Made by a program: the position numbers and the translations under genes. From Peribolospora baueri (taxonomy: Eukaryota): a stretch of 64,000 nt of DNA. The stretch spans positions 372,001 to 436,000 of the forward strand of contig JAMDHS010000003.1 in assembly GCA_029717555.1 (NCBI GenBank). Direction: 5' to 3'. Below the pieces are notes generated by a model, which made no database searches, was not told the DNA's origin, and saw nothing but the letters and a program-made list of their open reading frames with translations. This document shows, one piece after another, positions 35,401-45,933 of this stretch; positions within the stretch are counted from its first letter, which is position 1, and every line of letters starts with the position of its first letter.

Positions 35401-38400
35401 ATGTCACCATCGCCAAGCTGCCCGCAAGGTTCTGGGCCATGTGATGGGCCGCCTTGCGCATCTTCTCCTCGTTACCCTCCATGGCGAAGTCCTTGAGAAC
35501 GAGCTCCCGCGTCGATATAGAGGCGATGGTCACCGAGCGCTCCACGACCGGCGCAATGATCTGTCGTATGAATGAACCGTCGTCCGCTTTCAGAGTCCAT
35601 ATACCAGAACCACACAAAACCTCTCGATTAAAACTCACCTCGCGGATGGCCGACGCGATGGCCGCATGGACAAGCCTCTTGAGAGTGGGGTTGTTGGCGA
35701 ACATCGTCAGACCAGGGTTGAAGGTAATGTAGTTGGCCAGGTTGGCCAAAACGCTGGTGAGCGAGTCGCCATACGGAACAGCGGCGGCGCCAGCGCCCGT
35801 CTGTCCGCCCACGCCGGAAAACGGCAAGGTGGTTGCAGCACCGGCCCCGGCGGATACCGCCCCAGCAGCGCCAGTCGTCGTCGTCGGACCCATGGCCCCA
35901 ACGCCGGCCGTCCCTTGAGCCTGACCGGCGTACTCAGCCTGAGCGCCGGTCATTGACAAACGCTCCAACTCATGCACCAACTCGGGTCTGCCGTCCGGCG
36001 CTGCCGATCCGGCGGGCGGCAGCAGTCCAACGGGTGGCCTCGAGCGAAGGATCATCGTGGGTCTGATGTCCTCTAAGGTCACATTGAGGGCCTTGCAGAG
36101 CACCTCAATTTCAAACTTGAGGTTCAGCTTCAGCTCGGCAAACTGATAAAGCTCGACGAGAAGGCGAATGACGCCCATGAGCCAAGGATTCGGAGGCTGG
36201 AAAACGCTACTCTTGGCACTATGCTCCAACACCTTGCACACGAACGGGATGGCGACGATGAGTCGGCCGCGGTCGTAGCCCTGGATGAGGAGATCCTTGA
36301 AGGCAATGTTTTTGTGCAGGATCGGCTTGTTCCTCGCGAGCGTCAGACCACCAAGCCAGCTGCCCAAGTTCTTGAGCAACGTGCGCTCCGTCGTACTCTG
36401 CACCGTCTTCTCCGAGTTGAGCAACACCTTCACCTTGGCAAGAGTCTCATTAAGGATGTGTTTGAGGAGTGGCGCCTTGTCGAGTAAGTCTAGCAGCTGC
36501 ATGTACAGCGCGTGATTGTTGGGCTCGATGCTCACGCGCTGCAAGACGAGGTAGTTGGAAAACCAGCGACAGTGCTCGTCGCGGAGCCACTCTTTGAGGT
36601 CGTCCGTCTTGTCACGCACATTCGACGGAGCGAGGTTATTGATGATGAACAGAATTTTGTCTGACACGTCCTCGTCCGGCATCTCTGCCGGGTCCAGTTC
36701 GGCCTCGTACGCCGGGTCGAGATTGACGGCGGTGAAGACAGGCCGCTGGGCCGGGTCATCTGCTTGCTCAACGCCTGCAAGCAACTCCTGCCCCGTCGCC
36801 TGTCCGCCTCCCTCCGTTCCGACGCCGTTGGCGCCCTGAGCCAACGAAGCGCGTACCACGTTGGCAATCTCCGGATGCGTTTGGAGAAGATGGGGGATGG
36901 CCAATAGCGCCTGAGCCAACTGCGGCCACTCAGGCAACCGGCCTTGGAAGCGTAGGAGCGCCTGTACGCCGAACCGGAACATGTTGCTCTCGGGCGGCGT
37001 ACGAAGGGCGTCCAATACGTAGCGAATGGCGATGCCGAGGGGAATGTAGTCAACAAGCTGGTACTGGATGATGCTGCCAAAGAGGATGCCGGTCATGGCA
37101 AGCTCCTTGGGCGGGTAGTACATCTCAAACCAGCGATACTCGTCGAAGAGGGTGTGGAGCATGCAAGCGAACACTTCGTGGTCCCTCGGGTCCTCCGAGG
37201 CCTTGGTGTTCTGAAGGAGGCAGATCACGTCGTCGATGCTGATCTTTTCCTCATACATGCGCTGATAATAGCCGTCCACCTCGCTGTGCACCTCAGCCGA
37301 GAAGCTAACAACGCTCAGACCGGGCTCTTGGTCGGCAGAGTTCGGTGCCAGGTTCATGAGGCGTGGGTGAAGTTGCAAGCAGAGATTGCGAATCTGCTTG
37401 AAGGTCTCAATCTCCTCGGCACTCAGTGCCTCTCCGTTGGCTCGAATGACCCGCAAGAAGATTGCCACCGTCTGGGCGGTAAGGGGCATGTTGTTCTGCT
37501 CAGCTTGCGGATCCTGCTTGGCGAGATCGGCACGCGCTTTGAAGTCGAGGAACTCGAGCGTGGCACGTACAAAGGCGGTACCGTGCTTGTTGAACATGTC
37601 TTGGAGCCATTTGTCGAGGTTGAGGTACTCCCTGCGACTCGCCAGCGCCGCAATGTCCAGGGCGAACTCAAACGGTCTGACGTCAAGAACCCGGTCGAGA
37701 ATCTTCAAGTCCTGGGCTACGTCCAAGAGCCGCGTGACGTTCATGGCGTTCTCGGCATAGAAGTCGCGGAAGGTTTGGATGAGAAAGGCCTCATCCACCT
37801 GCCAGATCCGCATGAAGACGAGCTGGTGCGAAGGGTGACCGGCGAAGAACATGGAGAGCAATCTGGACGCGAGTTCGGAATGGATGACGTTCCAAGGCTT
37901 GGGAACTTGCACCAGGCCCATCAACACCAGCTCGGCGCTCGCTTTGACGGCCTTGTCCAGAAGCTCGGTCACGATCAGCTTGATGTCGTTCGCCGACGTG
38001 GCGGCTGCCTGCGCGAGTGTCGCGATGAGGTCGAGCGAGTTCCAAGGGCTACCTTGGACGCCAGCCGCGAGGGCCTTGATGGTCGGACTGGCGTTGCCCA
38101 TGTCGTCCACGGTGACGATACGTCTGCCGGGAAGGTTGACGAAATTGAAAACCTCGGGCGGGAGCGTCAGCAAGGCATCGATGAATCGAAGTTGCCGAAT
38201 CTGGATATCCCAATGTCCCCACAACCCTGCCACTGCCGGAGTCGGATCGCCCTCGCGCGAAGCGGTGGCGAGTGTGACCGCAAACGCTTCCAAGGCAAGG
38301 TCGTCCATGGGCAATGACCTGTCCGGACTTCCAAAGGCCCTGACCACCTCCGACCACGCCACAGGGGCCTGGAAGCTGCTCAGAGCCTGTACCAGCGTAC

Positions 38401-39938
38401 CAAAGTCGCACACCGCGCCGCCGCCCACCACCTCCGCGGGAACCTCGAAAAGAGCCGAGAGCATGTCCACCACAGCACCAGCGTCTGGCGGCGTGGCATC
38501 GGTGTAACCGAAGCGCGCGAGCAGAGATCGGACGACGTCCACGTTCGAGGACGCCTGCGGGCCGACTTCGACAAGAAACTGAACGAAAGTCTTGGCTGGG
38601 TTGATCCTGTGAGGTGATAGAGGAAGACAAAATGATTCAGCATCAGGGAAGAGGCGAAGTGAAGGGGAGCAACAGAAAGCGGTAGCACTCACCTAACGCT
38701 CGGCAAAGCCTGCTGCAAAATCTGCGCAAACTGCTCGTGTCCTGTCCTTTGTACCACCGCGTTCACCAATGCCCTCCGCTGGGCGGGATCCAGCACCTGT
38801 TGAGGCATGCCAGACGTGGCTATGAGATTATTGCCATTGTCATTGGACGTGTCGGAGAGCAGATTCGACAGGATCTTGGCGAGCTGTGCCGGTGTTAGGT
38901 CGACGTCCCCGCCTTGTCCTCCGGGCTGGACATCAAGGGAGAGCGACGCCGAAGGAATTCGTAAGGCGTCGAGCGCCGCTTCCAGTTCCGAAACTATCAT
39001 GCTGGCCGCCTGCGGGTAGAGCGCCTCTCTTCTGTGCGAGGAAGAGACGAGCGCGCTCGCAAGGATGACCCTCTCGAGGGGAGAGAGGCCTATCTTTTCG
39101 ACAAAACGTTGGAGAACAAAGGTGCGGAAGACCTCGCCTTCGCCCCTATCGACGGCTTCGCGGAAGCGCTCGGCGAGAAAAGGATCCCGGGCGATTCGCG
39201 GGACCTCGGAGAGGAGGAGACGTACGGAAAGGACAGCCGCGTCGGGTTTGACGACTTTCTTGCGGGGAGAGGAGGGAGCGGAGAGCTGAGGAGCGGAGGC
39301 GATGAGGAGTCGTCGGATGAAGTGAAGGTAGGTTTCCGTTCCGTGTTGATCGCAGAGCTGCAAAAAGGGGTATCGGTCGAGGTCGCGAGAACACATCAGC
39401 GACGACCGGGTCGTCGGAGAGACCAGGGAGAGAAGAAAAACGGAGAACGTACAGATCTGATCTCAAGTTGATTTCGTTCAAAGTTCTCCTCCGTCAGGAT
39501 GGAGAGCAGAAAGACGATCTGTGATGTGCGAAATAGACGGAATGAGCGAATGGTCCATCATGCGCTCACCCGTCCCCATCCAGTCTCAAACAGTCTCGCT
39601 CGGCTGTGGTATGTCTTGCGCTTGAAAGCTGGACCAATACCATAGAAACTTTCGGGAAGAAAATAAAAGCTCACCTGGGCTTTGACTATGGTCAACAAAC
39701 TGCTCGAGTCCTTTCCACTCCCGACACTGCTACTACTGCCACTACCGCCGCCGCCGCCGCCGGATCCGGAAAAGCCGGCTCCGCTACCAGCCGCCGCCGT
39801 GGCTGTCGCCGTCGTGGCTGACCTTGCCGTCTCTGCAGCTGCCGCCGCGGCGCTGCGTCCTGGTGGGGACGTGGACGTGTTCGCCGCGCCCGATCCGCCG
39901 GGTGCGCCAGATACCGCTGCTGCCGCCGTCGTGTCCGT
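32499..39938 (-). CDS. NOT1: CCR4-NOT scaffold subunit Not1, about 7 exons, apparent non-AUG (ACG) start
   Basis: IVKAQ|IVFLLSILTEENF; ALASRREYLNLDKWL; CMLHTLFDEYRWF..YPPKEL; DKILFIINNL; RVSIEPNNH; LLKNLGSWLG; FQPPNPWL; LKLNLKFEIEVLCK; APVVERSV; LVLLHDFPEFL; RPHPWGLL. The 5' coordinate is inferred. Confidence 0.95.
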
Positions 39939-40884
39939 GGCGACGCCTTGGTGGGGAAGCCCGAAGGCTCAAAGGGAGAGAAAAGGGAGAAGGGAGCGAG
40001 GCAAGAACGTGTAGGGGGCGTTACAGATGCCACGCGAGGGAATGAGCGGTCAAGGAGTGGGGGAAGGCGGGGGGGCGGGATTGGGGGCGCGCCGATGGTG
40101 CGAGTCGAGGACGCCGAGGAGGACGTCGATGTTGAAGTGGCGGAGGACGATAATGATAGTTAGGAAGAGGGAAGGAGGGAAGACGAGGGTGAGGGAGGGG
40201 GGAAGGAGGACGAGGTGGGTGGAGGGGGGACGAGGAGGGATGATGGCGATGGAGGATGGATGGAGATGGATGGATGGATGGCAACGGCTGACTGCTCGCT
40301 GAGAACTGACGAGTCGTGTCTGTTGAGGGATACACGCCGCAGCACGACAAGGCAGCTACCGCAGCGGCTCTCATCGTCCCACGCTCTTGTGACTGCACAC
40401 AGGCGCGATCGCGTGGCCGGCGATGAATGCGCCTTTCCAAGTCGCCATGTGTGGTCGGTCAGATGTCGAGATCACATTTTCACTCCCCGTTGTAGCCATA
40501 TATGTGATACGATAGCTTGTTGGATCGTTAGTTGGGACGATACGCGAAACGTGATGTACACGGAAGCGCCCGGCAAGAAAAGGAACAATGGACGACGGCG
40601 CGAACCAGAGGCGGCAGGACGAACGAACGACGGACGGAGAAGGAACGTATGAAAAGTGAAATGCAGCCCCAGTCCGCATGTTGAAGGTCCAAAAACGAGA
40701 CTGGAAAGCTGGAAAGGCGAGGCAAATGACGGAGCTGAGACAGAACTCGACGAGAGATTGAGGAGAGAAAGGACGGTCGAAATGCTAGTGAAGGGGAGTG
40801 CAACGGCAGCTCTGTTGGATTTCGGAGGTGCAAATGCGACGTGACCGAAGGAAAAATCAACGCACGGCCGGCGACGTTGTCATA

Positions 40885-42762
40885 TTAGGCCGGTGCCTTT
40901 GGACCGAGGCCCTCTATGATTTGCAAGACATATTGCTTCTCATCCACGAATTGCTCATCTGGAGGAGACGAGACATGCAGGTAAAAGATAAGAGGTCGTA
41001 AGTACGAGAGGGGGGACGCGTCGTCATTTTATAAAAGAGCATTGAACGACACACACCCTCCTTGTCGTTGTGGAAGCCTTGCAAGAAGGTGATGAGACGG
41101 TCCCGGTTCCTTCGGAGAATGTTTTCAATGACTGGCGGCTTCTTCGGGTTGGCGACAAAGACCTGCGCGTGTCCATGAAGGCGAGCAAGCGTCAGACCGG
41201 ACCTGTACTAAGATAAGATCACCTAAAAGCGTTGCACCTTGCGAGGTTTGTGGTCGCCCTGGACAACTCACCTTAAAGACGTGAAACGCTTCGAACTGGA
41301 TGTTCTTGCTCTTGTCTCTCAGGAGGTTCATCATGAGCTTGAGGTTGTCCTCGGAGGAGATGTACCGGGTCATGACGTTAAAATTTGTCCGGTCGAGCAG
41401 GATCTCGCCCAACAGCTTCAGCGATTGCCGTTTCGTCACATAATTGGGCGAGTTAAGCAGGCCGGTGTATGCTTCGAAGAACTGTGCGCGCCACGAAAGA
41501 CGTCCGATACAACGTGAGATCGGTTCTCAGAAGACCGTGTAGACGCCCTCGCTCGTTCGGTACGCCATACAAGCTTACCTTATCGTAGTTCGCTTCCAAA
41601 TACTCCGCCACCATCGACTTGTGCCGTGTCAATGTTTCCTAAAAACGGGCGAATGAGAATGTCAGCCACCTTGAAACGCCAATTACGTCAGATAAGACGC
41701 ACCTTGAAGTTGGCAAACGCGTCGCATGAGATGCCAAACGTAGTCTTCTCGATGTAGTCCGGGAAGGTATAGAACCTGGGATATCGCAGAAGATATGCGT
41801 GAGTGCTTAAGCAAGCGGACGGTGTGGCGATGAGGTGCAAACAGAGAGACTCACTTGTCGGAATGGAGCAAAATCTTCGCAAGCGCCTCGTGTCGCAACA
41901 TTTCCCGCAAGATCATGCCCGTGTTGAGCGCGACATCTGGGTTCTCGTATCTGTTGATTACCGCGGCACGATCGATCAGCGCACCGTGGGTCAGCGATAA
42001 ACAAAACACATCCCATGGAGCGCTCACCCTCTCAACGCGGCAAACAGCACCTCGTGCTTCGTGGTCAAGTACTCCACCGTCGGCCATCGCGTGCCGATCT
42101 GGCGTCGGAGCAAGTTGTTGAAAATCTGGGACACGTCTTTCTTTGCCTGAAGTTGCCATCATCGTTCGCCGTTTCGCACAGAATAGGATCAGATATGGAC
42201 ATGAACGGATGCCCAAATTTCAGAGGGATGGATGGAAGTGCTCCCACCTCGAACTCGAATCTCCAGATGTTGAGCACAAGCAACTGCAGTATGTCGTTCG
42301 CGTACACCTCTTGCGCCAACTGAGCGACCTGATCCGCTTGAGGCTCGGTCTCTGAAGAGCGCGGAGAAGGGTGGGACACGAAAGGAAGAGGTTAGCGAGG
42401 GCGTGGAACAGAGACCAGGTCTCTCTAGAAGAGGTTCGGCGGCGATCGGTAACTCGCCTCCGTCGCCGTACAGGATCGCCTTTATCTGGAACAGATTCTT
42501 GGACACATCTTCGCTCGCCTGAGAATGAGAAAAGAGGGGAGGACAAGAAACTATGAGTCGCCCGCTTCTGCGAGACGCCATTGGCGGCTCACGCCGGGAA
42601 ACGGGGTGGTCGCCAGTGGACGAGCGACAGACGTGCGGACGGACGGACCTTGCGCCTGGCTTCGCTGCCCGACTGGCCGGAGTCGAGCTTGTGAATGGCC
42701 TCGCGGACGCTCCGGACAAGTTCCGGGGGGGTCTTTTGCTTCGACTTGAAGATGAAGTTCAT
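40885..42762 (-). CDS. HYM1: MO25/Hym1 scaffold protein, multi-exon
   Basis: [124 protein letters not shown]. Confidence 0.96.
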
Positions 42763-43028
42763 CCTCGACGATGGCGACGGAGGTCTTGGGGTGGGTGGGT
42801 GAGAAGAAGGACGCCGTCTCTGCCGTTATGTCTGTCTCGCTCCTCCGGAGGCTTCAGGGGTCGTCATCTCGTCCGCGCTCGGGTCATGGGGGCGGTGGAG
42901 GCTTTGCTGCGGCACCGGCACGTGGCTCACGCGGCGCAACGCGCCCATCCGCCGTCGGGGACGGCCAAGTGAACGACGGAACAGAAGCGGCCGGGTGGAC
43001 GCCGGCCATTCCCAAGCTCCTCCATCTC

Positions 43029-43864
43029 ATGGACCCACGACGGGACCCTCTGGCAAGCCTCAGCGCTTGTGTGGCGTCCGCTCAGCAATGCTGTCAAACG
43101 GTGAGCAAGCGAGCGAGCGAGGAGCCCTTTGGTATGGCCGCCGCCGCACGGAAAGAGCAATCAACGTCTCGCCTGACCCATGTCTCTCCGATTCGTGTCG
43201 TTCTCCCCGCCAGCTCGATTCCGCCATCAGCGTCCTGTCTGCAGGTGTCAATGACTTTCCCCGTCTGCGAACAGTCCTCGCCAGCCAACGAGTAAGGCTC
43301 CATCCGTCATCCTTTGCGCTCTCCCGCACCGCCAACTGACCCATACCTTCCGTGTTTCTGTCGAACAGGTCTTTGAACTCGTGACCGAGTCCGAGTTGCG
43401 CACGGCGAGGGACCATGTGGCCGGCGAGATCGAGCCGCAACTTGAGAACCTCATCTCTAGAGCAGAAGAAGCGCTGGTGAAGGACGAGAGGAAGGTGAAG
43501 GAGTTAAGGAACAAGGTGAGCTGGTGTCTTCGTCTCAATGGGTTTCGTATCTCGCCGCTGCCTCCCGGAGTGGGGGAAGGCTAGGCCGTGTCACGGCAAG
43601 AGACTCCATCCGATCGATTTTACTCACTCACCATTTCTCTCGCTCCGTTTCCCCCCTCCCAAGGCGACCCTCCAATCCAATCGACTCGCCCAACTCCGAA
43701 AGCTGGCACCGGTTGCCTCGATCGGCTCCTCTTCTCAGTCAGCCAAGGTGAAGAAGGCGTCCGTTGCCGAGCAGCGCAAGCTCAAGGCGTTGCAAGTCAA
43801 ACGGGAGAGGCTGCAGCGGAGCGTCGCCGCGTTGGAGGCCGAGGTTGCGAGGCGGGAGGCTTGA
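43029..43864 (+). CDS. SPC19: DASH/Dam1 kinetochore complex subunit Spc19, 4 exons
   Basis: LASLSACVAS..C|LDSAISVL..GVNDFPRLRTVLASQR|VFELVTESELRTARDHVAGEIEPQLENLISRAE...RKLKALQVKRERLQRSVAALE. Confidence 0.88.
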
Positions 43865-44723
43865 GCGCTTTGGTCCTTATCTCGCGCCTTCCTCATCTAT
43901 CTCTTTTTTCCATTCGCGTGTGCCTCTGGTATTCATCGCCTCGTCGAACTCGCGTGACGTTTTAGCTGTAATTGTACCTGCGTATGAGTGTACTGGTCGA
44001 ACATCAGCGTTCTTCCGCGCGCAAGTTAGACAAGACAAGCGCCGCGTGGACCGCCTTTCTGTAGCCGCCTTGTGATCTCCGTCACCGTCAGTTGGCCCGC
44101 GGGAGTGCGAATATCGGAGAGGGAGACGACAAAGAGCGATTCTTCTTCTTGTCCGAGGTGGGATTTGTCGCAAGTGGGGGGATGGAAAAGTGGGCTCAAA
44201 CCTCCTCTGCTCGTCTTGCCCAGGTCGGTTGCGGACAGGCACAGCGAGCGCCGTCGGCACATAGTCGAGCATTCCCGTTCGAAGCCGACGGACGCTTGCG
44301 ACATGGAACTCTTCAGTCCTGTCCCAATGCCGTCACCGTCTCCGCCGACCATCGTCTCGGGCTTCCTTTCCGGCCTCTGCTGAATGTCTTGCGTTCTTCG
44401 AGTCATACGTTTGAGAGGAGTGCACGGGCCATTCGAGTGGGTGCTTACAAATGTGCGCCCCCTCCATCTCGATAGATGTCGCCTCGACTTTGGTCGCGGC
44501 CCTCACTCAACTCTGTCTGTACAGCCCCACATTCCGGTGAGCGAAACCTCGAAGAACGTCGACGTTCTCATTTTGTACTCACGAGCCACCGTCTAGGTCG
44601 TTTTTTCTGCTTGATTCAGGTCATCTCGTGATCGAGTGAGTGGAGGGAGGCAGCCGAACCGATCTTTCTCGCCTTATCGGAACTAGAGCGTCCTGCCGAG
44701 CACGAGCTTACCAGCCAGCTCCC

Positions 44724-45329
44724 ATGTCGGAGACACGGCCGCCAAACTTTCACCTCCGCCCGCTCGGCGCACCCGGCGACCTGGGCTGGATCGTGAGGGA
44801 ACACGGCCTGCTGTACCGGTCGGATGAATACGGGTGGAACATACGCGTAGAGGCGGCCGCCGCCCGCGCCGTCGTCGAATGGGCGGAGCTTCCGGACACC
44901 GAGCGCGGGGGCTGGGTGTTCGAGCGCGAGGAATCGGACGGCACGAAAACGATCGTGGGGAGCGTGATGGGCATGTCTGTATCCCCTACCAAGCCGGATG
45001 ATGATGCGACGGCAGCGGCAAAGGACGAGGACGAGGTCGAGGTTGAGAACGAAGACGAGGTCGAGGACGACAACAAGGACGTGGCCTTTCTGCGCTTGAT
45101 GATCGTGCACCGCTCCGCCCGCGGACGTGGCCTCGGCCGGAGATTGCTCGCCGAGTGCGTCGCCTGGGCCCGTGCCAAAGGGTTCCGCTCGCTCCGCCTG
45201 CCTACGAACAGCATGCTCACGACGGCAGCCAAGATGTACACCGCCGCCGGCTTCCGCGTCATCGAAGAGCGCACGGGTACGCTCTTCGGGCCCGAGGTCA
45301 AGTTTCAGCTGTACGAGATGAACCTGTGA
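44724..45329 (+). CDS. Intronless GNAT N-acetyltransferase resembling the GNAT domain of bacterial MarR-GNAT proteins
   Basis: PGDLGWIVREHGLLY..EYGWN..VEA; AFLRLMIVHRSARGRGLGRRLLAECVAWARAKGF (acetyl-CoA motif A); TNSMLTTAAKMYTAAGF...LFG. Confidence 0.88.
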   Translation: MSETRPPNFHLRPLGAPGDLGWIVREHGLLYRSDEYGWNIRVEAAAARAVVEWAELPDTERGGWVFEREESDGTKTIVGSVMGMSVSPTKPDDDATAAAKDEDEVEVENEDEVEDDNKDVAFLRLMIVHRSARGRGLGRRLLAECVAWARAKGFRSLRLPTNSMLTTAAKMYTAAGFRVIEERTGTLFGPEVKFQLYEMNL

Positions 45330-45933
45330 CAAGGTCGCTCAGGAATCGCTTGAAAGAGGCAAAGGAGGACATCACTGGGCGAGGAACCGTAGGCGACTTA
45401 GGTGGAAGACTGGTGGCATTCGATATCCCTGCAGAAAAAATCATCCTTGTCATTAAAGGTCATCCAAAGATCGTCAAGAGGGCGGAGGAAGCGAATCCGG
45501 GAACGATAACAAAGGAAAAACAGGGCGTGCAGATGTGACGAAGCGTACAAGACGGACGACAGGACAGGACAGAATAGAATGAGAGGCAACGGGATGGTGG
45601 CGAGAAGAGATTGAACGATATGCGCTGACGAGCGGGCTCGAAGGGTAAACGGAGAACGGCCTTCGACGTGAAGCGTGCAACAAAAGGGAATAATCGACTC
45701 CGAGCGGGGTGAGGAAAGGATAAGAAAGGACATCGTTTATAACGATCCTAGTGGACCGACCATGCGGGTCGGGATTGAGCGAACCCGGCGGTCAGAAAAG
45801 TACGAGGCAAGAAGGAGCGAGTACGATGGGAAAGGGAAGACGCAGGGGTTGCCCAGGTGGCGGATGCCAACGGGAGACCTCAAAGGGGAGAGGAAGTGTC
45901 GAGGGGAAACAAGAATCGAAAAGGCCCTCGTGA

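Noticed and set aside
37154..38317. 387-aa plus-strand ORF, and similar long antisense ORFs such as 12106-12927, 1499-2308 and 47221-47844
   Set aside because: They lie antisense to conserved genes (NOT1, eIF5, kinases). This is expected from high GC3 bias, and they contain no recognisable motifs.
40021..40440. 139-aa minus-strand ORF as NOT1 exon 1
   Set aside because: It is a Pro-rich translation of a CT-rich leader or promoter, and its candidate donors do not match the phase of the available acceptors. It is kept only as the alternative that would refute the ACG finding.
43877..44600. Short overlapping ORFs between SPC19 and the GNAT gene, possibly a lost MarR domain
   Set aside because: No helix-turn-helix-like or other recognisable sequence was found in any listed frame.
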